From: Simkaniaceae bacterium
GTDB lineage: Bacteria; Chlamydiota; Chlamydiia; Chlamydiales; Simkaniaceae
Reading direction: 5' to 3'
Assembly (NCBI GenBank): GCA_050248615.1
Contig: JBFWSA010000002.1
Location: 16,457 to 80,456 of the forward strand
DNA length: 64,000 nt
The notes beneath the pieces were generated by a model that was not told where the DNA came from, ran no database searches, and was given only the letters and a program-made list of their open reading frames with translations. The position numbers and the translations under genes are program-made. Below are positions 18,427-28,530 of this stretch, one piece after another. The first letter of the stretch is position 1. The number at the start of each line of letters is the position of its first letter.

Positions 18427-20997
18427 ATGGGAAAAGGAAAAACCTTAATCATCGTTGAGTCTCCGACTAAGGTAAAGACTCTCAAAAAATTTTTGGGTAA
18501 TGCTTACCATGTGGAATCTTCGGTAGGTCACATCCGCGATTTGCCTACGCGGGGCTTTGGAATTGATCTGGAAAATGACTTTGAGCCTCAGTACGAAAAT
18601 CTTCCTGATAAAAAGGATGTGATTGACAAACTGAAGAAGACTGCAAAAGAATGCGATACCGTTTATCTCTCTCCCGACCCCGACCGCGAAGGGGAAGCGA
18701 TTGCATGGCATATTGCACATATTTTGCCTAAAGGCCCTACTGTCCAGCGTGTGACGTTCAATGCGATTACTAAAGATGCTGTAAGTGAAGCCCTCAAGCA
18801 TCCCCGAAAAATCGATATCTCTTTGGTGAACGCCCAACAAGCGCGTCGCTTACTCGATCGTATGGTGGGGTATAAAATCTCCCCGCTGCTCCAAAGACGG
18901 ATTAAACGGAGTGGATCGGGGGGAAATCTTTCTGCAGGGCGTGTGCAGTCCGTTGCTTTAAAGTTAGTTGTCGATCGAGAAAAAGAGATTGAGGCCTTTG
19001 ATCCCGTTGAATATTGGAATATTTCTGCAACTCTTCAGCAAAACCCTAAAGAACGCTCTTTCATAGCAGCCTTATACTCTATTGATGGAAAAAAGGTAGA
19101 AAAAGAGGCCATCAAAGGAAAAGATGTCGCCCTTATTCCCAACGAAATCGAAGCCAAAAAGCTCGTGACCGCTCTGAATCATGCCACATTCAAGGTCTCC
19201 CACGTCGAAAAGAAAGAAAAGAAGCGCCACCCCGTTCCTCCCTTTATCACATCTACTTTGCAACAAGAGGCGAGCCGACACTATGGTTTTGCGGTATCCC
19301 GTACGATGGGAATTGCTCAAAGCCTCTATGAAGGGGTTGACCTCGGATCAGAAGGGACAGAGGGATTAATCACCTATATGCGTACCGATTCTGTGCGCGT
19401 TGAGCCAGAAGCAATTAATAATGTGCGTAAACTCATCGATGGAGCTTATGGCAAAGAGTACCTTCCTCATAGTCCCAAGGTCTATTCTACAAAGAAAAGT
19501 GCGCAAGATGCCCACGAAGCAATCCGCCCCACGAATTTAAATCACCCTCCCGATGTGATCAAATCCTACTTAACGCCTGATCAATACAAACTCTATGTAC
19601 TCATTTGGAGACGCTTCCTCGCCTCTCAAATGAACCCTGCTATTTATGATACAGTTTCCTGTGAGATTGTGACCGACCAAAAACTGGTGCTGCGCTCTTC
19701 AGGTTCGATTATCAAATTCAAAGGGTTTCTAGCGGTTTACGAAGAAAAAGAAGACCGCGATGAAGAGGAAATCATGCAAAGTGATAGTGACAGAATCCTC
19801 CCTCCCCTCGTCGAAGGACAAGTGCTCAAGCTGCTTGAAGTGAATTCTTCTCAATCCTTTACCAAACCCCCTCCTCGTTTTACAGAAGCCTCTCTTGTCA
19901 AAGAACTGGAAAAATCGGGAATTGGGCGCCCTTCAACTTACGCTTCTATCATGAATAAAATCCATAGCCGTGCCTATACAACAAAAGAACGTCTCGCTCT
20001 AAAACCCACTGAGCTAGGTAAAATCATCGCACAAATGCTTGAGAATCACTTCAACCTCATCATGGATATCAAATTCACCGCACGGATGGAAGATGATCTG
20101 GATGAAATCGCAGAGAGTAAACAAGACTGGCGAGAGTTTTTAAAAGGATTTTGGGAAAAATTTGTCCCTGTTCTCGAAAAAGCAGAGAAAGAGGCCTTTG
20201 TCCCCAAGCTCATGACCGATATCAACTGTCCCAAATGCGGGAATAAGCTCCAAAAAATCTGGTCCCGTGATAAATATTTCTATGGCTGCTCCAATTACCC
20301 CGATTGCAAGTTCACTGTTTCGATCGAGGCTTTAGAGTTTAAGAAAGAAGATTACGCTGACAATTTTGACTGGGATCAACCCTGCCCCAAATGCTCGTCC
20401 CCAATGAAAATTCGTTTTGGGCGGTTTGGAGCCTTTTTAGGTTGTGAGCGCTACCCAGATTGTAATGGGATTGTGAATATTCCTAAAAAAGATGAGCCCC
20501 TTCCTGAAGAGATGCCCAAATGTCCCGCGGTAGGATGTGATGGGGATATTAAGCAACGGCGCAGTCGGTTTGGGAAACCTTTTTTCAGCTGCTCTAATTA
20601 CCCTGATTGCGACGTGATCGTTAACCAGTTGGATGATTTAGAAATGAAATATCAAAATCATCCGAAAACACCCTATGTAAAGAAAACGAAAAAGGGTGTG
20701 AAGAAGGTTGCTGCTAAAAAAGCTACAAAGAAAAAAACGGCTAAAAAGAAAACAGCAGCAAAAGGAAAGCCCCTCGCCCTCTCTCCTCAACTAGCAGCTG
20801 TTGTCGGAGCAAAGGAATTATCACGTCCTGAGGTCACCAAAAAAGTGTGGGAATATATCAAGGCTAAGGAGCTTCAAGATCCCAACAATAAACGCCTGAT
20901 TGTTCCGGACAATAAGTTGGAAAAAGTGTTTGGACACTCCGATCCCGTCGACATGATGAAATTGCCCGGGATCTTAAGTAAACATATCAAGAAATGA
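18427..20997 (+). CDS. topA: DNA topoisomerase I with Zn ribbons and C-terminal SWIB domain
   Basis: IVESPTK, DPDREGE, SAGRVQS, ITYMRTD, GIGRPST; three C4 ribbons; Lys-rich linker; SWIB (SRPEVTKKVWEYIK). Confidence 0.97.
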   Translation: MGKGKTLIIVESPTKVKTLKKFLGNAYHVESSVGHIRDLPTRGFGIDLENDFEPQYENLPDKKDVIDKLKKTAKECDTVYLSPDPDREGEAIAWHIAHILPKGPTVQRVTFNAITKDAVSEALKHPRKIDISLVNAQQARRLLDRMVGYKISPLLQRRIKRSGSGGNLSAGRVQSVALKLVVDREKEIEAFDPVEYWNISATLQQNPKERSFIAALYSIDGKKVEKEAIKGKDVALIPNEIEAKKLVTALNHATFKVSHVEKKEKKRHPVPPFITSTLQQEASRHYGFAVSRTMGIAQSLYEGVDLGSEGTEGLITYMRTDSVRVEPEAINNVRKLIDGAYGKEYLPHSPKVYSTKKSAQDAHEAIRPTNLNHPPDVIKSYLTPDQYKLYVLIWRRFLASQMNPAIYDTVSCEIVTDQKLVLRSSGSIIKFKGFLAVYEEKEDRDEEEIMQSDSDRILPPLVEGQVLKLLEVNSSQSFTKPPPRFTEASLVKELEKSGIGRPSTYASIMNKIHSRAYTTKERLALKPTELGKIIAQMLENHFNLIMDIKFTARMEDDLDEIAESKQDWREFLKGFWEKFVPVLEKAEKEAFVPKLMTDINCPKCGNKLQKIWSRDKYFYGCSNYPDCKFTVSIEALEFKKEDYADNFDWDQPCPKCSSPMKIRFGRFGAFLGCERYPDCNGIVNIPKKDEPLPEEMPKCPAVGCDGDIKQRRSRFGKPFFSCSNYPDCDVIVNQLDDLEMKYQNHPKTPYVKKTKKGVKKVAAKKATKKKTAKKKTAAKGKPLALSPQLAAVVGAKELSRPEVTKKVWEYIKAKELQDPNNKRLIVPDNKLEKVFGHSDPVDMMKLPGILSKHIKK

Positions 20998-22277
20998 AGC
21001 TCTCTCTTCAAAGCATTCAGCGCTTTCTCGTTTATTGTTTTGTTTTTTTTGGCCCCCTAGGCTCTCTCCTTTCACCTGCCTTCATGCCTAAGGCTTTTCG
21101 TTTTTACCATCTTTTTTTAATCTTCTCTCCTCTCTTTTTTATCAGAATCAAAGCATATCAATGGAAAGCCACTCTCTCTTTTATCCCTTTTCTCGCTTAT
21201 TGTTTTGTCTCTGCTTATTTTACTGAAAACAAACCCTTGATCGAAGAAGGGGCTCATCCATTTTTTCGGTCAGGACTCCTTATCTCTCAGTATCTTTTTA
21301 TGTTTGGGGCAGCCTTTTGTTTCCCTGCCCTTGAAAAAGGACGCCTTTTACGTCTCTATTTAGGGGGAATCTTTTTTTCGCTTATAGCAGGATATATCCT
21401 TTTTTTCGGATACTACGAAGGGTGGATCTCGTGGAAAACGCTTAATCATTTTTGCGTAGAAGCTCAGATGGCATGGAATGTTTTGCGGTTTGCTCCTGGC
21501 TCTTACGCCAATGAGTATGGTAATGTGTGTAGCTTTGTATTAGCGGTTCTCATCCTTCTCTTAGCAGAGAGAAAAAAGTTTTCTTTGTGCCTCTATCTCC
21601 TCTTTATCCTTACCTTCATTGCTTTGGTTCTTACAACGACACGTGCAGCCTATTATTCTTTTGCAATCACCTTTGTGTATCTATGTCTAGTCTCTAAACC
21701 TGTACGACGATTTTCGATAAAATTTATCGTATTAGGTAGCCTTCTCATCGGTATCCTCAAGCATTATACTTTCGATTTTTTGTATGTTCTTTTTGGAGGA
21801 ATCAAAGCGATCAGCTTAAAAACAGGTTCGAGTGGAACGCGGATCACGGAATGGGTGAAGGGGTTTGAAGAGTTAGGAAGTGCGGCTGTTTTCGGAACAG
21901 GTTTTGGAAACAATATCGCTTCTCATAATGTCTATCTAGAACTCCTCTATGAAGTGGGAATCGCCGGATCTCTCCTTCTCCTTATTTGCTTGGTCTATTA
22001 CTTTAGTGAGCACCACTTGCAGATAAAAAGAGCCTTTTTCAGTAGAGCAAAAAGCCAGGAAGAGAGACTCTACACTCAGATTACTTTAATTGGCCTGCTC
22101 CATATTTTTCTGTTTGCACTCACCAACCATAATATGCACCACCATCTCACGTGGATGACTTTTCTCTTCTTTAATCTCTCTCTTTTTAGGGAAAAAGCGC
22201 TTTCTCCTGAAGCTCTGAAAGACGGTGCATTGCGTCACGATGACACACCACAACATGCTCTCCGCTTTTTACAATAA
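20994..22277 (+). CDS. O-antigen ligase/polymerase (Wzy/WaaL)-like membrane protein
   Basis: About 10 TM segments; TTTRAA, SSGTR, GTGFG, SHNVYLELLYEVG. Confidence 0.8.
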   Translation: MKLSLQSIQRFLVYCFVFFGPLGSLLSPAFMPKAFRFYHLFLIFSPLFFIRIKAYQWKATLSFIPFLAYCFVSAYFTENKPLIEEGAHPFFRSGLLISQYLFMFGAAFCFPALEKGRLLRLYLGGIFFSLIAGYILFFGYYEGWISWKTLNHFCVEAQMAWNVLRFAPGSYANEYGNVCSFVLAVLILLLAERKKFSLCLYLLFILTFIALVLTTTRAAYYSFAITFVYLCLVSKPVRRFSIKFIVLGSLLIGILKHYTFDFLYVLFGGIKAISLKTGSSGTRITEWVKGFEELGSAAVFGTGFGNNIASHNVYLELLYEVGIAGSLLLLICLVYYFSEHHLQIKRAFFSRAKSQEERLYTQITLIGLLHIFLFALTNHNMHHHLTWMTFLFFNLSLFREKALSPEALKDGALRHDDTPQHALRFLQ

Positions 22278-23181
22278 GGAGATCTTTTACCCCTAAAGTG
22301 GTGATTCCCTCTCCAAAAACAAGGCACTCTTTAGTAGCAATCGCTTGTACATTTCCACTTAAAAAATTTGCATTCTCATCTTTAGGAAGCATCTTACTGA
22401 TACGGTCCCAGGTGCCTAAGTCTGACCACAATGAAGGGTAGGGAATCAAGACTATATGGGAGGTTTTTTCCATCAGGGCATGATCAATGGAAAGGATTGG
22501 GAGGTCGGAAAAGTGCTGGAGAGCTTTTTCATAGGGGTATCTAAACCACTCAAAAAATTCAGGGGCATGTTGTCTTAGTTCCTGAAGGAATGCACCGATT
22601 TGAAATACAAAAATCCCCGCATTCCAATAGCAGTTACCCTGTAGCAAGAGGGTTTGCGCTAGGGGGAGTGCTGGTTTTTCAATAAAACTCGTGACCCGAA
22701 GGACCCCTTCCCCTTTTTCTGTCTGAATATAGCCATACCCTGTTTCTGGATAGGTAGGGGTGATCCCAAAAGTCACAATAACTCCAGTTGCTGCAGCTTT
22801 TTTAGCAACAGGAAGTAGCCGTTGAAAGTCTTCTGCGTTTTCAAAATAGTGATCAGAAGGACAAACCACACAAAGAGACTCTTCCCGTGCTCCCATTTTG
22901 TCTATTAGATACTTCAAACTCAAGCAAATCGCAGGAGCTGTATTTCTCCCTTCTGGCTCGACAAGAATGGCATCTCCAAAGGAAGGGCCCAATTGTTTTT
23001 GGGTGATTTGAAAATGTTTCTGATTTGTCACCACTAAGACTTCAGCTTGAGAAAACCGATTGACGGTCTGTTGAAGAAGCGATTCTCCCCGGTCAAAATC
23101 GAGGAATTGTTTAGGGTAAGCTTCTGAGGAAAGGGGCCAAAGGCGTTTACCGCTTCCGCCGGCAAGAATGATGACTTTCAT
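22186..23181 (-). CDS. manC: Mannose-1-phosphate guanylyltransferase (no cupin domain)
   Basis: ILAGGSGKRLWPLS, EPEGRNTAPA, PSDH, TGYGYI, WSDLG. Confidence 0.92.
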   Translation of the reverse strand: MKVIILAGGSGKRLWPLSSEAYPKQFLDFDRGESLLQQTVNRFSQAEVLVVTNQKHFQITQKQLGPSFGDAILVEPEGRNTAPAICLSLKYLIDKMGAREESLCVVCPSDHYFENAEDFQRLLPVAKKAAATGVIVTFGITPTYPETGYGYIQTEKGEGVLRVTSFIEKPALPLAQTLLLQGNCYWNAGIFVFQIGAFLQELRQHAPEFFEWFRYPYEKALQHFSDLPILSIDHALMEKTSHIVLIPYPSLWSDLGTWDRISKMLPKDENANFLSGNVQAIATKECLVFGEGITTLGVKDLLIVKSGEHVVVCHRDAMHRLSELQEKALFP

Positions 23182-24293
23182 CGCACTGCTTGGTTTTTAA
23201 ATTCGTTATATTTTTCATCTACAAGGGCTTTAAATTTGATCCTAAAATGTTCTTCACGAAAATTTTCTGCATGTTTACGAATCAGTTTAGGGTCAAATTC
23301 CCGCTCTTCAAATGCCTGTACTGCTTCGATAATACTGGATACCGTTTGCTCTGGAAAAAATAGGCCCGATCGATTTTGTAAGACTGTTTCTAAAGCACCC
23401 CCTTTCCCATAGGCAATAACAGGAGTTCCACAAGCTTGGGCTTCAACGGGAAGAATTCCAAAATCTTCGAGAGCTGCAAAGACAAATCCTTTCGCATTTT
23501 GAAGATGTGTGCGTAGCACTTCATCCCTTTGATAGCCCAAGAGTTCCACATTCTTTTTAGCTTTTTCTTTGATCTTTTCATAATCAGGCCCTTCTCCGAT
23601 CACAACCAGTTTTTTGTCGGGCATCTTTCCAAAAGCTTCCACAATTAAATCGATCTTTTTATAGGGGACAAAACGGGAAGCTGTGACGTAATAATTCTCT
23701 TTTTTTTCAACCAAGTTAAAATAATCGACATCAACGGGGGGATAAAGCACTTGAGCTTCTTTCTGGTAGAGGTTTTTAATACGGCGCGCCACATAGTTTG
23801 AGTTGGCAACATAAGCATTCACCCTTGAAGAGGAGTGGGCATCCCACATCCGTAAATAGTGAAGAAAAAACTTAGCGACAACCCCTTTCAATCCACTTTT
23901 GAGTTCTGATTCACGTAAATATTGCTGATAGAGATCCCAAGCATAACGCATCGGAGTGTGACAATAACAAATATGCATCTGGTCCGCATGGGTAAGGACT
24001 CCCTTAGCAATAGAATGAGAGGAGGAGATCACGAGGTCATAACCCGAAAGATCAAACTGTTCAATCGCAATCGGGAAAAAAGGGAGATAGGAGCGGTATT
24101 TCTTTCGTGCTCGGGGAAGCTTTTGAATAAAAGAGGTCTTCACTTGCATGCCTTCAAATGGAGTTCCTCTCAACTTTTTTGTATCTTTGACTAAAGTATA
24201 AAGATCAGAGGGAAATGTTTTTGCAAGGGACTCTAAAACCTTTTCGGCTCCGCCAACCGTTGTGAGCCAATCATGTATAAGGGCAACTTTCAT
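23178..24293 (-). CDS. GT4 glycosyltransferase (WbaZ-like mannosyltransferase)
   Basis: HDWL..GGAEKV, YCHTPMRYAWD, EDFGILPVEAQACG. Confidence 0.9.
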   Translation of the reverse strand: MKVALIHDWLTTVGGAEKVLESLAKTFPSDLYTLVKDTKKLRGTPFEGMQVKTSFIQKLPRARKKYRSYLPFFPIAIEQFDLSGYDLVISSSHSIAKGVLTHADQMHICYCHTPMRYAWDLYQQYLRESELKSGLKGVVAKFFLHYLRMWDAHSSSRVNAYVANSNYVARRIKNLYQKEAQVLYPPVDVDYFNLVEKKENYYVTASRFVPYKKIDLIVEAFGKMPDKKLVVIGEGPDYEKIKEKAKKNVELLGYQRDEVLRTHLQNAKGFVFAALEDFGILPVEAQACGTPVIAYGKGGALETVLQNRSGLFFPEQTVSSIIEAVQAFEEREFDPKLIRKHAENFREEHFRIKFKALVDEKYNEFKNQAVR

Positions 24294-25360
24294 TGTAATA
24301 GCTTCCTAATCAATTCGAGGTGTTTCTGAGCTGTCTCTTTCCATAAAAATGTTTTCGCATGCTCTTTCCCCTTTTCGATCCATTTTTTTCTCAGGGTCTC
24401 CTCTCTCCAAAAAGCTTGCATCCCCTGTGCGATCGCAAAAGAGTCCAAAGGTTCTACGTAGTATACCGCATCTTTACAAACTTCTTCAAGACTCGGAATC
24501 TTGGATACAATCGCTGGACACCCTGCACTCATCGCTTCTAGAGGAGGAAGTCCAAACCCCTCATAGAGGGAGGGAAAAACCAAAGCAAACGCTTGCGCAT
24601 AGAGGCGAGATAAATCCTCTTCTGGAACATGCCCCAAAATTTTCACCCTTTTCTCAAGATCAGGAAAATGGACCAGCCACTTGTTGACGTCCTCCACATG
24701 GCGTAAGCCCTTACCACTTCCTACAATCAACAAATCACAATCCGCTTTTGTCTCTGAAAGAAAATGGGAAAATCCCTCTAACACTCCCTTGAGATTCTTA
24801 TGAGTTTTTTGATTTCCCACAAAGAGAAAATATTTTCTTGGGCTACGCTCCTCTGTCGGATAAAAAAGATCTCCATCTACTCCATTAGGAATAACGGTGA
24901 TTTGACTTTCTCGAGCCTTTGTCAATCTCAGGAGTTCTCTCTTAGAAAATTCCGATACGGTAATAATCTGGTCGCTTTTTGCAATTGCTTGAGAAGTAAA
25001 GAGATGGGCATACATTCTTTCCAAAAAACCTAAACGGGAAGCCTGGGCCAAATGAAAGACATCAGGGAGAGTCACTAATCGTTTCTTTGCTCGGATGGGG
25101 AAAAGAGGAATGTTAAAATGAGGGGTCCAAAAAAGATCACACTTAGGAATGATAAAAGGGAGTTTCACTTGCTCTTGAATCGAATAGTCGGGAACGCCAC
25201 ACCGGAAGATCTCGATCCCCTCATGCTGGAAATTGCAAGTTGGGGGAACGAGAAGGGTCATTTTCAGATCGTCAAAAGAAAAATGTTTGAGAAGATTGCG
25301 AAGATAGGTCCCAATCCCCCCGATTTCTATTTTTCTTGCATCTAAACAGACCGTTTTCAT
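24290..25360 (-). CDS. GT4 glycosyltransferase
   Basis: GGIGTY, HKNL, FPSLYEGFGLPPLEAM. Confidence 0.9.
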   Translation of the reverse strand: MKTVCLDARKIEIGGIGTYLRNLLKHFSFDDLKMTLLVPPTCNFQHEGIEIFRCGVPDYSIQEQVKLPFIIPKCDLFWTPHFNIPLFPIRAKKRLVTLPDVFHLAQASRLGFLERMYAHLFTSQAIAKSDQIITVSEFSKRELLRLTKARESQITVIPNGVDGDLFYPTEERSPRKYFLFVGNQKTHKNLKGVLEGFSHFLSETKADCDLLIVGSGKGLRHVEDVNKWLVHFPDLEKRVKILGHVPEEDLSRLYAQAFALVFPSLYEGFGLPPLEAMSAGCPAIVSKIPSLEEVCKDAVYYVEPLDSFAIAQGMQAFWREETLRKKWIEKGKEHAKTFLWKETAQKHLELIRKLLQ

Positions 25361-25399
25361 CCATAAATACTAGGGAGATTTTAGATTAAATTTCTACCT

Positions 25400-25563
25400 G
25401 AACCTATCCCACTAATCTATTTAAGGGGATTTTTTTAGATTTTTCTTGAAGATTTTTTCCCTTCATTTTGAGGACATTGTCCAAGAGACAAGGCCTCAAA
25501 ATGAAGGGAAAAATCAGCAGAAAAGGCAAAAAAATACTGGAAATGGATTAGTGGGATAGGTTC
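25400..25563. mobile_element. Fold-back element, family D (164 bp)
   Basis: GAACCTATCCCACTAATC / GATTAGTGGGATAGGTTC; inner TTTTTCCCTTCATTTTGAGG / CCTCAAAATGAAGGGAAAAA; no clear target duplication. Confidence 0.82.
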
Positions 25564-25646
25564 CTAAAAATCTATTTGTTAGTGAATTTTTTTTTTAGGA
25601 TCGGTTACCCTATTCAAACGACTTCGGTACACAAAAGGTAAACGTT

Positions 25647-27545
25647 ATGAAAAACTTTTTTTTTATTGCCCCCTTGATTCTTTTCAGTCAGTTGTTTGGA
25701 ACAGGGACCTTTCCCCCTTTTCAAACGGAAGATGAGGTGACCGCTATTGTCTCTTTTTTAGTTTCAGATGGTAACTTTCAAGAAGAGAGTGGTACAGGGG
25801 TGACTTATGTGGGAACAACAGAGGCTCTTTCTGGTGTCAGACTCCCCTTAAGTTACTATAGTACTGTTGCCTATTGGGGAGAGTATGTCCCAACAACAGT
25901 CACTCCCTCACAAGGAAGCCCCTTAGATGTAACAGATACGTTTCATAGTGATTACACACTGACCCCTGATCCCAATACAACGGGCGGCAAACTTCAAACA
26001 GAAAGACTGAATGTCTACAATGGAACGGATATTTACGATGCAGCTTGTTGGCAAATTGGTCTCGCGGTTGCAGCCAAAGCAGGGATTCACCCCCCTTCAG
26101 GAATTGAAGGGCTTTTTGATCTTACCAATAACCAAAACCTCCTTCTCCAAATCGGCTATGATGGGAATATTCCTCCTACAAACCCTCCCCCCACAGAAGG
26201 AGCTAACCGTGCTGTCTCCAATCAAACCTTCGACTATTACGGAAACACGATTAAAGATCCTAAAAATGCTTACTTTTTTCGGATGGTGACTCAGAATTGG
26301 CTTTCCACAGACCCTTTTATGGGAACTCCATATATCAGCCACATTACAGCTGTGGGGCTTCCCTCGAATCCCCGCTATAAAGCCGGCATTGTAACGTGGA
26401 TGGATTGGAAACCCATTACAGGAGAAAACGCATGGGCATTTTTCATTGGGCCCCTCCAAACCGAACTGCTCAAACAACAATCCCAAGGAGCCGACTGTGT
26501 CCCTTTTAATGCGCCTGCAGTACAAAATGCGCTGAATGTCTTAGTCGCCTTTTCTTACATGCAGTCACCGTCAACAGGGGCGATGTACTATGCTGTAAAA
26601 GGATCTTTAGGAAACACTGGGAGTGGAACGGTAGACTACCAAGTGTCGACAGAGAACAATGCATCCACTCTAGCTGGACTCATTGTATTAAAAAAAATTC
26701 TCCAAGATGAACTGCAATACGATCCGAATTTAACTGCAGATCAAAAAAGTCAAATTCAAGAAGCTCTCGCCACCATTCAGATAATCATCTATGGAAAAGA
26801 TGGCAAAAGTGGAATCTTAGGATACATGCAAAACTATGCTTGGGACAAAACCCACGGGATCTTCTATCAAGGAGGAGTGGCAGATAAACCCGGCCAACCC
26901 ACTTGGTCACCCACTGTGGAACCCAAAGCTGTTGATGTAAACACTTGGGGCGTCTCCGTTCTAGGGCAACCTACCATTGATAGCTGGTTTGGATTTGGAA
27001 CAGCCTATAATATTTGGCAAAACGTCAAAGAGTGGGGAGCCTTTTATGGCCCTCAAAATGCCCTTTGGGGTGTGGGATATTCTGACCAAGACAACAATGG
27101 AAAAGGAGGGGATTACCAAAAAGGAATCATCTCTGCTGAGTGGACTGCTGGCGCCATTAATATGGTCCGTGTTTTGATCACGCAGTACACCGCTGTGGAG
27201 TCGTCTTCAAAATATTCCCCTCAAGAGCAGCAACAAGCAAAACAATTTGTAGCAGCACTGCAAACCGATCATGATAGCATGGTGAAATACCTTCTCACCT
27301 TAAGAAGTGACCAGTATGCTGAAACAGAGGCCTACACTCCTGTGCGTCCAGAAAATTATAACACCCTGGTGCCTATTTCCTCTGGACAACTAGCCTTTAT
27401 TTATGCTAGCAAACGGTATATGATTCCCTTTGGCTGGTTTGCTAATCCCCTTCCTAGTACCACTTCCACTTCTTGGTCTTTAATGCTCCAATATAATTAT
27501 AATCCCTTCAATCCTGACGGGACCTATGGAGCGTATACCTGGTAA
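25647..27545 (+). CDS. Secreted hypothetical protein, possibly glycoside-hydrolase-like
   Basis: 632 aa, signal-peptide-like N-terminus, Trp/Tyr-rich motifs (STENNAS, AVDVNTWG, SAEWTAGAI, YASKRYMIPFGWFANP). Confidence 0.75.
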   Translation: MKNFFFIAPLILFSQLFGTGTFPPFQTEDEVTAIVSFLVSDGNFQEESGTGVTYVGTTEALSGVRLPLSYYSTVAYWGEYVPTTVTPSQGSPLDVTDTFHSDYTLTPDPNTTGGKLQTERLNVYNGTDIYDAACWQIGLAVAAKAGIHPPSGIEGLFDLTNNQNLLLQIGYDGNIPPTNPPPTEGANRAVSNQTFDYYGNTIKDPKNAYFFRMVTQNWLSTDPFMGTPYISHITAVGLPSNPRYKAGIVTWMDWKPITGENAWAFFIGPLQTELLKQQSQGADCVPFNAPAVQNALNVLVAFSYMQSPSTGAMYYAVKGSLGNTGSGTVDYQVSTENNASTLAGLIVLKKILQDELQYDPNLTADQKSQIQEALATIQIIIYGKDGKSGILGYMQNYAWDKTHGIFYQGGVADKPGQPTWSPTVEPKAVDVNTWGVSVLGQPTIDSWFGFGTAYNIWQNVKEWGAFYGPQNALWGVGYSDQDNNGKGGDYQKGIISAEWTAGAINMVRVLITQYTAVESSSKYSPQEQQQAKQFVAALQTDHDSMVKYLLTLRSDQYAETEAYTPVRPENYNTLVPISSGQLAFIYASKRYMIPFGWFANPLPSTTSTSWSLMLQYNYNPFNPDGTYGAYTW

Positions 27546-27555
27546 TGAAAAATAG

Positions 27556-27579
27556 GCCCCAAAAACTTGGGGCTTTTCC
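27556..27579 (+). terminator. Probable terminator
   Basis: GCCCCAA-aaac-TTGGGGC followed by TTTT. Confidence 0.65.
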
Positions 27580-27633
27580 TCTTGCAAAAATGGATATTCT
27601 GGATTAAAGTGGAAGTTTTCAAGGAATCATCTT

Positions 27634-28455
27634 ATGCATGTTTTTATTCCTGGAGGAGCAGGATATGTTGGCTCTCTCCTCATCCCTGCACTCATTGAAG
27701 CAGGATATGAAGTCACGGTTTACGACCTATTCCTTCAAGGTGAAGCCATCTTTGAACCCATCCAAGATCACCCCAAGCTGTCACTGGTGAAAGGAGATGT
27801 ACAGGATCTTAAGCTCATGGAAGAGGCCTTAAACGGGTGTGAAACTATTCTCCATTTAGCCTGTAGTTTAGAAAATCTTGAAACGACCTCTTTTGAATCC
27901 TTTGTACAAATTGCCAAAAGAAAAATCGCTAACCGTTTTATTTTCACCTCTTCTTTTGCTGTTTACGGAAATGTAAAAAATAGGACAGAGGAAGCTTCTC
28001 CTTATCCTCTATCTTCTTATGGTAAGTATAAAAATGCCTGTGAAAAAATCTTAATGGAGCATAATAACACCCGCTTTTCCTGCTCAATCCTACGCCTCGG
28101 AAGTGTTTTTGGTGCAGCTCCTGGATGGCGTCCTCAAAGGAATCCTGTAGAAACAGGTCCGTTTGAACATTCCCCCTGGCTCCATATTCGCGATTTAGTT
28201 GAAGTCTATCTGCAGCTTCTTAAAACTCCCTCACATCAAACAAATGGGGAAATTTATAATGTGGGATACCATTCCCTTTCTCCCACAAAAATCCTAGGCC
28301 AAGAAGAAGTTTTCCCCTTCTCTTCAAAAAAAATTGAAAAACTCTTGAACTTTTCGCCTCGCTTTTCATTAGAAGAGGTGAAGGAATCGGCTGAAGAAAA
28401 TCCCCTCACCGAGCTCCTCAAAAGACAAAAAAGTAGAGCCGCCTACCGCTATTAA
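27634..28455 (+). CDS. NAD-dependent epimerase/dehydratase (extended SDR), short
   Basis: GGAGYVG, ILHLA, FTSS, YGKYK. Confidence 0.85.
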   Translation: MHVFIPGGAGYVGSLLIPALIEAGYEVTVYDLFLQGEAIFEPIQDHPKLSLVKGDVQDLKLMEEALNGCETILHLACSLENLETTSFESFVQIAKRKIANRFIFTSSFAVYGNVKNRTEEASPYPLSSYGKYKNACEKILMEHNNTRFSCSILRLGSVFGAAPGWRPQRNPVETGPFEHSPWLHIRDLVEVYLQLLKTPSHQTNGEIYNVGYHSLSPTKILGQEEVFPFSSKKIEKLLNFSPRFSLEEVKESAEENPLTELLKRQKSRAAYRY

Positions 28456-28530
28456 CCTGAGTTTTGGGTTTTTTTCTCTTGCATACAAAAACAGATTCAT
28501 GGGATTTTAAACCCCTAAAAGATGTAGCTT

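Noticed and set aside
20640..20997. Histone-like Lys/Ala linker and SWIB domain on TopA
   Set aside because: Known chlamydial feature, not novel.
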